Positions 22,686 to 35,800 of a DNA stretch of 64,000 bases are shown one piece after another (position 1 is the stretch's first letter; each line of letters opens with the position of its first letter). Position numbers and translations under genes: made by a program. Source of the stretch: Vitrella brassicaformis CCMP3155 (Eukaryota; Protista; Chromerida); NCBI GenBank assembly GCA_001179505.1, contig CDMY01000198.1:107371-171370 (forward strand), given 5' to 3'. The notes beneath the pieces are model-generated. The model was not told where the DNA came from. It made no database searches and saw only the letters and a list, made by a program, of their open reading frames with translations.

Positions 22686-23845
22686 GTTTGTGTGTGTTGT
22701 CCCACATTATATGGACTGACCTTTGTTCCTTTGTGCTGGTGGGCGGCAGCGCCTCGTCCAGTCCTGACGGCGGCAGGTGGTGGATGGCTCCCGGCCCAGA
22801 GTTGAAGCAGAAGACGGCCTCGATCAACGAAGACATCCACTCATCCCTTAATCGTTGTTGGTGTGGAGAGGTTTCCATACACACACAGACACAGAAGACA
22901 CAAGGGCATTCCATCCACTGTGTGCCGTTTGTCAAGTGTGTGTGTGTGTCGTGTTGGTGTGTGCCTTTGTGTGGTGTTGAAGCCGCAGACCACGTGCCCG
23001 ACACTCTCGTAGTACAAACGGAAACTGACACACAGACAGAAATCCACCAGGTGGGAGTGTGTTGGTGAATTTGTGTCTCTGTGTGTGGGCTGTGAGTGAC
23101 CATTCCCGTGATCGTGCGAGTGTTTCGATTGGCATCTGAATGGCCGGCAGACTGAAACGCTTGAACAGCACGCCACCTTCAACACAGACACACAAAGACA
23201 GAGGAGTGTGGGCATTGTGTTGTGCTCTGTGTGTGTGTGGCAATTGTGTGCGTACGTTCCTTTGTGAGTCTGAAGTCCTGGTCAGTGATCGCCGCTGGAA
23301 AGGGCAGACACTCAGTGATCTCAGTCGGGTCCGGACAATAATCCAACACGCCCTCCTGTCATCACACAATCACACAGACAGAGATGGGCGTGTGTGTCTC
23401 TCCCTCCTTGGCTCGCCGACTCACTCGTGCGACTGAGCAGCCCGGTGCGGTCGCTCTCGCCGCCCCGCCGACCTGCTCGTCCTCAATTGACGAACGCACA
23501 GCCACAGCCTTCAACTCCTGCGCACACCAACTCACATGACCATCGTCATCTCGTGTGTCTCCCTCTGTCTGTCTGTCTGTCTGTCAGTGTCATGGTACGT
23601 GCCTGTCTGAGCTCTTGGGCCTGCTCGAGCAGCCGGGTGGCCGCCTGTGCGGCGCTCTTCGCATCAGCCAATTCGGCGGTCTGGTTGTAGGGCGCTGGCT
23701 CGTAGAGGTTGTGCAGCTGGTGCAGGCCCTCTTGCATGAAGCGGACTGCGGATTTTGACAGGCTGCGGAGCGATGGGAATGCATCGGTGAGGAGGGGCAG
23801 GCACAGACACAGGGCAAGCAGAAGGCAGCCGATGCGACGATGCAT
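22275..23845 (-). CDS. Multi-exon protein with signal peptide followed by Phe (possible plastid targeting), function unknown
   Basis: Starts MHRRIGCLLLALCLCLPLLTDA-FPSLRSLSKSAVRF. Several GT-AG exons; the last reads ...LLNETLAKAIDTVTQDQKEQQMAA*. Confidence 0.6.
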
Positions 23846-24041
23846 CGTCAACTTTGCCTATTTGATTGTGTGTGTGTGTGTGTGTGACTGGGTGGTTGAT
23901 TGATTGATTGCTTCTCGATCGACAGATATCTGTACACGCGTACGTATGGACACACACATACGTACATGCACTTACATGTATGTGCATGTCTCTCATCATG
24001 GTCAATGACAGAGTCCAGCCACCCACTATGCCACCCACTAG

Positions 24042-27000
24042 TTATCGGTAGTCTTCTTTGAGTATCCATCTGCCCGGCACCGTCGGTCCGGTGCTCTTGT
24101 GGAAGGTGCAGAGACCCTTCAGCAGCTGCTTGAACACTGCCTTCTGGAACGACGGCACACGGGCACCGAACTCCTCCAGCACCTGAGAAGAGAGGGAGGA
24201 GACACACAATGGTGGACAAAACCGTCACGCGACATCCTCCCAACCGCACCCACCCGCACCCACCTCTCCTGTTGTGGCCGTGTAGTTCTTGTCTGCGCCG
24301 AGTCCATGAAAGAACTCCAGCAGCTCCCGGCCCTTCTCCATCTCGAAGGAGTGGGTCTTGACCTCTTCCGCCTCCTCCCCCCTGCTCTCTTCAGACGTGT
24401 TGCTCGTCTGCCGCTGGCTGGGTGGCGGCTCGCTCGGCGCCGCCACTGTCCCGGTGGCACCGAGTGTCTGCGACAGCTTCTTGAGCCCTGCCAGCAGGGA
24501 TGCGGTCGCCGGCGACTCCTTGGGCGCCTTGCCGGGCAGCCGACTCGCCGCAGATGAGGCAGCCGAGCCCGGAGGAGCACCAGCACGGCCGTGGCGGCCA
24601 GTCCATGTCGGCACCTGGTGGACACCCATACAGGTGTATGAGATGCGCTGTCCGTTGTGTGGTCTGTGTGTGGCTCACATTGATGCCGTAGGACTGTCGC
24701 TCTCGCTGTGCCTTCTTTAACGCGGCTAGAGCCCTCGACGCTGCACACGCACGCAATCCATATGGATGGACGGGCAGGTGGTGAGCGGTGGACGGCCGAG
24801 CACTTTCCCATTTTGTGCAGCCAGGCAGCCGACCTGTCTTCTTGCTGTCATCGTTGACCAGGGCCGAGTCGAGATGGGACGTCTCGAGCCTATCGTGCGA
24901 CATGGCCGTCTGCACGCCCTGCTTGCTGAACAGCGTCTCGAGCAGCTGGTTGTGCTGCTCCGTGGCACCCTGGCTCAGCTGGTGGTTCTCGCCGAGCGGC
25001 TGCGACGCCGCTGATGTGAAGGCGTCCGTCGTGGTGGTGCCGGTTGCCGTCACAGGACCCGACTTGGCGACGCGCTTGAACAACTCACGGTACCTGCAGC
25101 ATACAGACGCGAGAAGCATGCAGCGATGAAGACAAAGCGGACGTGTGTGTGTTGCGTGCGTCTGACCGGTCGGGCAGCTCCTCGATGGTCTCAGGGTCGA
25201 AGCCCGGGGGCGGCGGAGGCATATCGAACAACTCCTGAGAGAGAGAGGAGAGAGGATTGGATGTTTGCCACATGGGTCTGAGGTTTCTCTCTTTGTCTGT
25301 TCGCTGACCTGCAGGTCGTTCCACTTGAAGAACCGTCGCTGCTTGGGGTCGTCGAGGACCTTCTGGCTGAGGAAGTGCTTGAAGATCTGCCGGTGGTAGA
25401 TCTTCTCCTCCAGGGTGCCCGTCGACAGCAGCCGATAAACCGTCACCTCCCGCGTCTGACCGATCCGCCACGCACGCTCGCGCGCCTGACAACACACACC
25501 ACAAGACACTTGACGATGGCCAACAAGAGTTCCGTGGGTGTTATGTTCTTCCCACCTGCACGTCGGTCATGGGGTTCCAGTCTGGGTCGAAGATGACCAC
25601 TCGGTCGGCACCGATGAGGTTCAGCCCAACACCGCCCACACGTGTCGTCAAGACCATCGCAAAGATGCTCTGACAAGTGAGGCAGATGGTTGCTGCCTCG
25701 CTTGTGCGTGTGTTCTCTTTGCTCACGGTGTCGCTGTTGAATGAGTCGATGAGAACGGCCCGCTCCTTGATGGCCGTCTGGCCGTCCATCCGGATGAATG
25801 TGTAGTCGGCGGCCGTCATGAAGGAGCAGATCATCTTGAGCATCTGGACCGTCTGGCAGAAGACCAGCACCCGGTGGCCGTCTCGGTGCCACGTGGCGAA
25901 GATCTCTTTCAGCACCTGCATCTTCCCTGACCTGATGGATGGATGGATGCATCACGACCACACACAGCACACCATGAGCCATACCACTAAAGTGTCGTGT
26001 GTGTACCTGGCGGGGTTGCCGAAGTCCTCCGGGCGGCCATCCTCTGGCTCATCCAGGAGCAGGAGGTCGGGATGGTTGCAGATCTTTCGGAGGACCGACA
26101 AGACGAAGAAAGCTCGAGCACGTGACCTGAACCCACGCACATACGACCATACGCAGTACGGCAGCACCGTCAGTGCAGTGGCACTTGGCTGTGTGTCTGT
26201 GTCTTACTGCATAAGCTCGCCCATTCGATGTCCGGTGAGGAAGTCGACGTACACCTGATACTGCGCGACGCTGAGGTTGCAAAACAGCACCTGGTCGACA
26301 TAGAAAGGTGATACATCCTTTGTTGGTTTGTTCGCTCATCCCTCCACCCAGCTTCGTAAGGATCGTGTTGTGCTCTGCTCACTTGTTCGGATTTGGCGGG
26401 CAGCTGCAGGATTTCCTGCACCTCCTTCTTGCTCCGTCGCAGCAAGTAGGGCTGCGTCAACTCCCTGACAGGTCAGCAGCACAAGAAGCAAGATGGTCCA
26501 TTGCCGTGTGTTTGTCATCAGATGCCTGCCTGCCTTCATTTTCACCTCAGCAGCACCGCGCAGCGATAGCCCGCCTGGACCCTTGCCTGTGACGCATTCA
26601 GGTAACCGCCCTGCAACACACATGCGCACGTGGCGCGTGTCGATCCCTGTAGTCTTCTGCGGCGTGTGTTGTGTGTGTATGCGCCGATGTAGATACCAGT
26701 CTGATGGGCTCGGCGAACTCTTCGATGAACACAGGCAGCGTGCCCAGGCGGCCGGGGAAGCAGAAGTCGAACAGCGACCACAGCTCACGCAGGTTGTTCT
26801 GGATGGGCGACCCGGACATGATCAGCCGGTGCGACGTGTCAAACTGATAGATATATACATGGATAAGCAGACAGTGGTGATATCCTCCCTCTGTGTGCGT
26901 GTGTATGTGTGTGTGTGAAGGTACCCTTTTGACGGCTTGTGTGATGGCTGCGTCGGGGTTGCGGATCCTCTGCCCCTCATCCAGGATTACATAGTGCCAT

Positions 27001-29390
27001 CGCTTGTCTAGCAGCAGGTCCTGCACACGCGCACACGCCACACACCGACATGGACCCCATGAGATCCACTTCTCGGCGCTCTCGCGTGCAGCCCGCCTGC
27101 CCACCAGATATGGCCGCAGCGATTCGTATGACGTCAGCAGCACACCGCACTGGCTGCTCGCTATCTCAGCCGCCTGCACCCGGCCCTTCGGACCCTTCAC
27201 ACAACACACATATACGCACGCACACATACACATACCCGGCCGTGAATGAGTGCACTGCACTATCTATCATCGGGCTCCTCACCTTCTGATGGAAGATGCA
27301 CACCCGCAGCGGCGGGAACCATGTGTGCAGCTCGTTCTCCCACTGCTTGACCATCGTGGCTGGACACGCTATCAGCACCCCACCGCCCTTGCTGTGCGTC
27401 GCATCCTCACTGCTCGACGAAGGGACGGGAGACCGCCGCTCGGGGCCGGCAAACTCATCGTCGTGAGAAAGGCCCTCCTGATGGCACCACACACGCACGG
27501 ACAGTGACGTTGGTGCACTGTTCCGCCCATCCATCCGTCCGTCCCACTTGGAGGATGCTGGAGTGATGCAGGGCGGCGATGAAGGCAGCCGTCTGGACGG
27601 TCTTGCCTGCACACACATCCACCAGACGACACATGAGGGCCACAGAATCATAGAGAATGGATGGCCGGGATGGATGTGCTGTGTGACGTACCCAGTCCCA
27701 TCTCATCGCCGAGCAGCCCGCCCACCCCCTGCACATGCAGCCCCCACAGCCACCGCACGCCGTCCTGCTGATACGAGTACAGCGACTCCCACAGCCAACG
27801 GGGCATCCGCAGACGCCTCCCTCCCTGCTGCTGCTGCTGGTGGTGGTTGTAGACCGACTCCGGGATAACCGCCCCATGCACACTCTCGCGCGACGGCAGC
27901 TCCACCTCCACCTCGCTGTTCATGTCCCCCTGCCGCGCCTCGAGCCACTCCTTCATGCGGGCCTCGTACACCTTGTCGGAGGTGTCGTCGTGGGTCTGCG
28001 GCTCGTCACTGCCCTGCTCCAGCCTGCGACGCTTCGCTCGCCGATTGGGCCGCTCGTCCGACAGGTCGCTCAAGCCCTCACTGCTCTCGCTGTCGCCACT
28101 CAGGATGCGGTCACGTATCCGCCTCGGCGCCACGCCGCCGCCCTTGCCGTCGCCATCGGGCCGCCACTCGCCATCGGATGACTGGTCGTCATTCTCGAGG
28201 CTCAGTGGGGAGGGGGTGGGGGAGCGCCTCTTCTTGGGGGCGGTCTTGCTGGCTGGTGGTGGTTTGGCCTGGGGCGGTGCTGGGGCGGGACTGCCGCTGG
28301 CCCGCAGTCTCTTGAGCTTCCTACGTTTCTCCACCTCCTGCTGACTCTTGGGCACCAGCAGACGGCCGTCGACGTAGCGGAAGAACGATGACTTGTGCTC
28401 ACCGTTGCGACCTCCGCTGGCCCCGGCGGGCTCGCTCCTCCCTGACGGCTCACGATCGATGCCATCGTTGGTGTGGGCACGTTTGGCCTTCTGCCGCTCG
28501 GCTGGCTGGGCAGCGGCTCTCTTGGGACCACTTTTGTCACCAGAAGCGGGAGGGGGAGGGGGGGCGGGGCCATGGCGTCGATTCTTGCGCGCGATGCGCC
28601 CAACCGACACGTGGTGTGGGGCGGCGGAGGCAGCAGCACTGCTTGACGGCTCGGCTCCGCTGTGACTGTTGCGGATGTCGTCGTGCTGCTTCTGCCGCTG
28701 GGACTTGAGAGATGCGACTTTGTCACTGAGGGACTGCCGCTGCTGCTGGAGCTGACCCAGCTGCTCCGTGCACCGGTTGAACAGCCGGTGGTCCTCTACT
28801 TCATGCTGCGGCCGGCCCGGCACTGACAGACAGACAGACCGACAGGCAGGCAGAGATCACAGCATGGTCGATGTCCATCTGTCGTGCACAATGTCAGCTT
28901 ACCATTCTCTGTCTTGGTGCCGTCCACGCCCCGCTGTGCCAGCTGCTGCAGTTTGGCAGAAACAGCCTGTATGTCCTTGGCGTGCTTCTGCATCTGCTGC
29001 CGGTACGACTGCTCCTCGTACACCAAATCCAGCTGGTTGAGCACACCCTGACACCACACACCACAAAACGACAGAACAGAGAGCACATCGATAGATGAGT
29101 TATCTTCACACGATGGACAAGACAGGTTGGTTTGCCTTTTCTGATGACCTTTTCGACCCGACGGCTGTCGACTGCTTGCACGCCAAGCTGTTGAAGGCGC
29201 TCCATCGAGCCATCGCTGAAGCACATCGACACACAGCAACCATGGAACACAAACACAGGATCATCCGCGTGTTTGGCTAGTCTGCTGACCTGAGGCCAGG
29301 GAGGTCGGTATGGTCGTGCTTCTCGTCCTCATGGTTGGCTGCTGCCGGCTCCCCGTCCACCGGGAACCCTCTCGACGACGATGAAGTCAT
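24042..29390 (-). CDS. ERCC6: ERCC6/CSB (Rad26) SNF2-family ATPase, multi-exon
   Basis: [21 protein letters not shown]|[78 protein letters not shown]-terminal LGV.A.D..R.E motif and C-terminal W.LK winged-helix end. Confidence 0.95.
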
Positions 29391-29479
29391 GTTCTTGTCG
29401 TCGATATTGCTACAAACGCAGAAACCTCCATCTGCTTCGCCTGTGAGTCGCCTGCTACAACGCACAAGTTTCTCCCCCT

Positions 29480-32400
29480 TTTCAAAGCTCGCAAACAGGA
29501 AGCGACGGAGGAGGAAAGCGCAAAGACGGCCCCTCGAGCGCGTGGCAAGGTTCTGCCGTCATAGCGCACCCTCAGGTCTTGACAAACCATGAGTGGTGAA
29601 ACGACGGAGCGCCCGGCATGAGCGGGCACGCAAGAAGACACTCACCGGGTCATGATCCATGCCTTGATCCATGCATCCATCGCACAAACCGTAAGTGGGT
29701 CGGGAGAAACAGCACGCCAGACGCTATGGCATCTTCCTGTGTTTGCATGTGTGTGGACCTGCAGGAAGCCGTAGCAGCGTAGCTGAGCTGATCTCTGGTG
29801 TGTGTTGAGCGATGGATGGCCCGCCAGCCAAAGCCCCGCGCACAGCCGCTCCGGCCCAGAGTGACGACTCATCCAACCGCACCTCGTCGACAGGAGACCT
29901 CACGAGCCTTCTGGATGGGCTCATCTGGCTCAATGTGTCATCGTATCAGTCCGTCAAGGAGCGCCTGGCGATGAGCTGTGTCTGCCGGGCCTTCTACTGG
30001 GCCATCTACTCGCTGATCCGCGTCATCAACTGGCACCGCCCCAACCACGGCCTCAGCTGCAAGGGACCTGGCGGCAGCCTGGTGACGTTCGAGCAGCAGC
30101 AGCACGCCATCGTCCTGCTGCCCAGAGAGGAGGAGGTCGAGGAGATCGGCCGGGCGCGGCTCTTCGCCTTTGTGTCGCTGCAGCTGGTCTGCCACACCGA
30201 CACGCTCAAGGCCATCCAGACGATACAGGCCAAGCAGCAGCGAGACAAAGATGGCGATGCAGGTGACGGCGGCGATGCCGATGAAGAGGCGAGCGGCCTG
30301 CCGGTGGCGCAGGTCAAGGGGCCCGATGCGGTGTTTGACTCGGTCAGGTCGGTTGAGGTGGACAGCCTCGACGGACTCCATCTCTTCCAGCAGCAGAAGC
30401 TCGTCTGCCCGGCACTCGACCGGCTCACCGGCAAGGTCCTCTCTGAGGACGAGACAAACCACATCACGAGAAACTGGCCCCCGTCCGCTGTGGCCAAACG
30501 AGCATCCCTGCGCAGTGCGTTTGATGGCAGTCTGGCGTTCATCCTCGGCTCGTCCCCTTCCCTCAGCCACCTGGACATCTTCCCACTGCTGTGCTGCAGC
30601 ACGACCCTCACGCAGCCCCTCACGGCCGCTGCCCTCTCATCGCTCAAGAACCTGCGCCACGTCGGCCACCTCAAGCTGTGGGGCACCACGGCACGTGAGA
30701 GAACCAAGATGGTGACATTGCTGCAGCAGCTCGCGCCAGGCAGCAGCGGCGGTATCGCGGCGGGCTCGTCCAGCAGCGCAAGTGCGGCCCCCTTCCCCTC
30801 TCCCTCCCCCTCCCCGTTGGGAGCCGCCACGAAGCGCCAGCTCAAGGTCCACTGCCCCCTTCGCATCGTCCCTGACTTGACCGATCCGACTGTCTGGCCC
30901 TATGACTCAGTGGAGACGATTCAGGCGGCAGAGGAGATGGGATGGGAGGTGACGAAAGAGGGAGGCGTGACACGCATCTATTACTACGGGGAGAGGGTGG
31001 AGGGCCCGCCGACCGCCGAGACCCTCGCGCTCGTGGATACCATCAAACGGCATGCGGGAGGGGGCGACAGCGTGTCATTGGCCGATTGCGATTTCCGGTC
31101 CGGCGATCCTATCAGCCCCCACTTCAGCGGCATCCTGTTTGACAACGCTAGTACACTGCATGTGCAGCTCCGCATTCGCGGCCCTGACGTCGCTGCCGAG
31201 TCCTTCAACAGCATCCCCCAGTGGCTGACCGAGGAGACCACGCTCAAATCACTCAGGTGAGGCAAACAACACCATAACGGAGGGGCCATTTGTCATCTTT
31301 TGGGGTGTGTGTGTGTGTGTCGATTCAGTAACGTGACGGAGCTCTGGCTGACGAACATTGGTTACGTGCGTAATGTGCCAACTTGCGACCCCGAGTACCT
31401 GATCCCCCCCGCCACGCCCAACCGACTCTCGAGGCTCCTCTCATGCCTCCCCGCACTCACACACGTGCACTTCGACTGTCCGGAGGTGAACGGCATCCTG
31501 GTCACAGAGGTGCTGGCATACATTCAGCAAAGCGTCGGAACAAAGCCACTCAAGGTACAAACACACACACATGGCACGGTCACACCCCTCCCTCATGAGT
31601 GAATCCTTCTCACTTGGGTCGCAGAAGTTGGAGATAGTGTACGACGTGCCGCTCTTCGACCGGCCCCGCACCAAAGCGGCCGCCCCTGTCGCCTTCCCCT
31701 CACCCCACACCACCCGCCAGTACCCCACAGTGGAAGAGCTCAGCATCGAGATCGGTATGGATGACGAGGACGTCCAGAGAACCAACAACCCGAGAGCCGA
31801 GAGCGTCCCCGAGCGGCTGCGGGACCCCTTCCGCCTCGTCCACGAGGTGCGGCCGACGCACGCCACCTTCAAACTCACCGAGCGGGCAGACATCTTCGCC
31901 GTACCTGGCGACGCTGACCAAGTCGAGAACGAGCTCAGCTTGCTGTTCCGCGAGGGCCGTGTGCGCGACGACATGGCCGAGTACGGGATGGAGGTGCGTC
32001 GGCCCAACACCTATACTCGGTATGATGGTGAGCAGTCGTCGGCTGACGAGCTGGCAGTCCGGCCGCACGAGCACGAGTTGGCCGTCACGATGGTGATGTG
32101 GCCGGTGGACGACAGTGACGGTGTAGAGGAGGAGAGGGAGGGAATCGACGATGAGGAGGGCTGGACGGACTGAGGAGAGCAGGGGGGAGATGGTTAGTTG
32201 CCGGTGTGAATAGCTACTTAGTGTACAGACAGACGAGAGAGCAGGCCGACCGAATGCTCGGCTGCGGCTCTGAGACGAACACTGCTGTGCGGTGGCTCGC
32301 CATCTGCGCGACGCCGTGCCCACTGATTGAGAGACCCCTGAGTAGGTAGCGGGGGATGGGTGGTGCAGACTGCTCGAGTGCCACAGATACGCATCCATGT
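29480..32400 (+). repeat. Direct segmental duplication, copy 1 (F-box gene with promoter and 5'UTR intron)
   Basis: Colinear with ~38073-41105, from ttcaa(a)gctcgcaaa to ctcgagtgcca. Confidence 0.9.
29812..32173 (+). CDS. F-box-like protein A (3 exons)
   Basis: LLDGLIWLNVSSYQSVKERLAMSCVCRAFYWAI fits the F-box pattern. Introns at ~31257-31328 and ~31554-31624. Confidence 0.7.
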
Positions 32401-32879
32401 CATTGACTCATTGTTATGAATGCATCCACATGTTGTCCACTCTGCCTCCCTCTTGGATTCGCGAATGTGTCGGGGAAGGCCACACGAGCAGCCACTCGTG
32501 TGTGTGCAGGCTGGCATTCGTTCTCATCTACCGGGTTGCCACACGCTCGCGCTTCCAAAATCTGGGCCTCACAGCCAACAAAGTGACCCTCCCTCCCCCG
32601 CCCAGGCTGTGGCCCTCCCAACGTGAGGCCCTCATGGAAAGTAAGACAGACAGGGGCGGCTGTGGCCGCCTGCACGTTGGTTGATGCTTTCTCCCTATGT
32701 CTCCTCTAAAGACTTCTGCGTCTCGTGCGACGAATGCACGATTGCAGGTGTGTTGGCAGCCGGTGTTGAGACAGACTCACGTCGATGAGATGTGTGTGTC
32801 TCTGGCGCGTCTGAGGACAAGAATAAAGACCATCGTAACAATCCTGACGAGCCATAGCGTCACCCACTGAAAACCTCTT

Positions 32880-35800
32880 CCACACATCCAACCGCCCGGC
32901 TATTATACATCCCCCCCCATCCATCCATCCAGCCATGTCTCCCTGTCTCTCTCAGTCCATGATGATGTGCGCCCCCCCTGCCCAGCCACTCCGCCAGGCT
33001 CTCCCGGTCATCGTCAGCACCGCCAGCGGCACCCGCACCCTCGTCGATGTCCATCGGCTCATAGTCACCGCCGCCCTCCGAGGGGTCCTCCTCTGCGGCC
33101 AGGCGGCACCGCGCCAGATCCAGCCGGCACTGCCAATCAGATGCACGGCTGATGGCCTCCATCTTCTTGTGCAGGCGGCCCAGCACTCGGGGGTCGTTCC
33201 ACTTGAGCGTCTGGCGGCTCTTCCCCTTGCCGCGCGGCGCCCTCTTCATCTTGGGGAAGGCGTCATGGCCGCCCGCCGCCTCTGTTGTCTTGACGATCTC
33301 GCCCTCCCGGCCCTTGTTCCACGGCCCCCACAGCACCTCCTCCCCCAGGCCACCGAAGACGGGCGGCGTCTCGTCCTTCTCATGAGACTTGGGGCGGCGG
33401 ACGGCGGCTCGCTTGGCCTTTGGGAGGGGCTGGTGGTCGCTGTCTGTGGGGCTGGGTGACGGGAGGGGGCTGCGGGTGCGCTTCTTGCGGTTCTGTCGCA
33501 GCACCATGCCGTGAGCATTGGGGCCGCTGGCGAAGGGGTCGGGCTCCTGCGGTGGGTCAGGGGGCGAGGAGAGCCGATAGCGGTGGTGCTGGGAGACGGT
33601 GGGCGACGGCAGGAGGGCTGAGGGTACCGGGCTGGATGAAGGTGGGGAGACACAGAGAACAAGTTGACGTCTGATGGATGGATGGTGTTGCCCCTTTGAT
33701 CCCTTTGCCCACCTGTGGTCGATGGTCATTTTGGCGGGGGGCGATGCGGTGGCGATGGCTGTGTGGACGGGGTGCGTCGACAGCACCTTGCGATTGCGAC
33801 GTAGCTCGGCCGCCAGCGATTTCCTCACAGACCTGACAGACAGACAGACAGACAGACAGGAAGGACACACACATGTCGTCGTGCGTCGGTGTGGCTTCCG
33901 TCCTCGGCTGCCATGACTGACTGTCTGTCAGCGTACCCTTGAGCGGTGCGACTGTACTCGTTGTGCTCCTCTGGCACCTGTCTCTTGTCCTCCTTTGGCG
34001 GCGTGCTGTTGTCCCCCTGGCTGTCGTCCGCCGGGAAAGACGGCGTCTTGGATATCGTCTTGGATGGCAGCAGGGGCGAGGGGTCGGTGCCATTAGCCTC
34101 GGCCGACGACAGTGTGCCCGGCCGGCGGCTGATGGGAGGGCGACTGACAAACACACAGAGACAGACAGAGACAGACAGACAGGGAGGGAGGGAGGTGAGC
34201 TGTGGTGGCTCGTGTCTGCTGGCTGCAGGGGCACAGACATACCTGTCCAGCGGGAGCGGGGGGGCTGGCGCCTTGACCTTCAACACACGCAGCTGGTCCG
34301 CCAAAGAAGCCCTGAACCAACACACACATGAATTCAGCGATGGCCGGCGATGCAGCTGGGTCTTCCCTTCGGTGCCTACTTGGCGCCGGGCCCATTGCCC
34401 GGGTTATCCTTGATGGTGTGGCCGTGCACAGGGATGCCCGCAGGCAGGCGATCCTTCTTCAACTCAAACGGCGAGACACTGAACAAGGACCACGGCATTG
34501 ACTCAGTCTCTCTCGTGTGTGTCTCTTTGTGTCTGTATGTCTCTGTCTGACCTGGTGGCCTTCGCCGCTGCAGTGTCTTTCAGCAATGTGCCCTCGACGA
34601 GGCCGCTAACCATCCCCGGCCCCATGTCACACACGTGCATGCCCTCACCCTCACCGAACCCCATCTGCTGTCCATAGCCTCCCAGCCCCATCTCGACACA
34701 CAGCGTGTGGCTGTTCGTCGCGCGCCTCTCTTTGCGCACGCGGTGCGCCTCGCCCTTGCCCTGCGTCTGTGCCTTGGACGACTTGCCGCCGGCCCGTCTG
34801 GCGGGGCGCGGCTCGTACAGGTCATCGTCGTCATCCTCACCATCCGCCAAGAAACGGTCGTCGAGCGCCGTGACATTTGGCGCGAGGATGCTGGAAGACG
34901 CCTTGGTGGCCCTGGTACGGGTCGTCTTCTTGGGGTGGCGGTGGGTGGGGGCGGGGGGGAGTGCCATGTCAGCGAAACGGAGGACCTGGTACTTGGGGGA
35001 ACCTGCAGGCAGACAGAGAGACACATACAAACGTGCTTTGCCAAGTAAGGGTCAGCAGTAGCTTGCGCACCGTGTGAGCTTCCGAGCGTCATGGCTCCAC
35101 TGGTATGGTCCGACACAGTCTGCAGACCTGCAAAGGCACATCAAGGGAAGGGCAGACGAGATGCACCAATAGGCTCTGGTTGCTGATCGGCGTGGTGGCG
35201 TGTGTGTTTGTGTGCGGCTGCGGCTCAATGGCCACCGACGTACCTATGATGGCCAGCTTAGACCGGTAGTCGGTGGTCAGTCTCTCCAGCAGCGACAGCG
35301 GCAAGTTGGCGAGCAACATGTCCCACTGGGTCACCAACACATACCTGCACACAACACATCACACCAGAGGACCATACAGCATCCCGCCATCCGCCCACCA
35401 TTGTGACCCTCACCGAATGGTCTTCTTGCACTTGAGCCTGTCGAGCATCGCCTCGACCAGCACTCCCAGGTGAACGGGATAGCCCCCGCCATGAGGGTCG
35501 GGCCGCCGGCTCTTCTCAATCATGTCGGCCACCTCCCGCTGAATGGCCGTGTTGCCTCCCTTGGTGCGGCCCCACGCGGCCACCGAGATGTCCCGCAGCA
35601 CCGTCACGGCATCGTATGTGCCGCCTCCACTGCTGGACGGCGAGAGGCGCAGGAACGCGTTCTGCGTGGTGGTCTTCTTCGTCTTGGTGTGGCTAGCCAG
35701 CTGCGAGCTGAGGGTGCCTTGGACGAGATTTTCCACCTCGAGAGCGTCGAATATCGTCGAACGGACCACAATCATATCGCCAGAACCCTCACTGTTGCAC

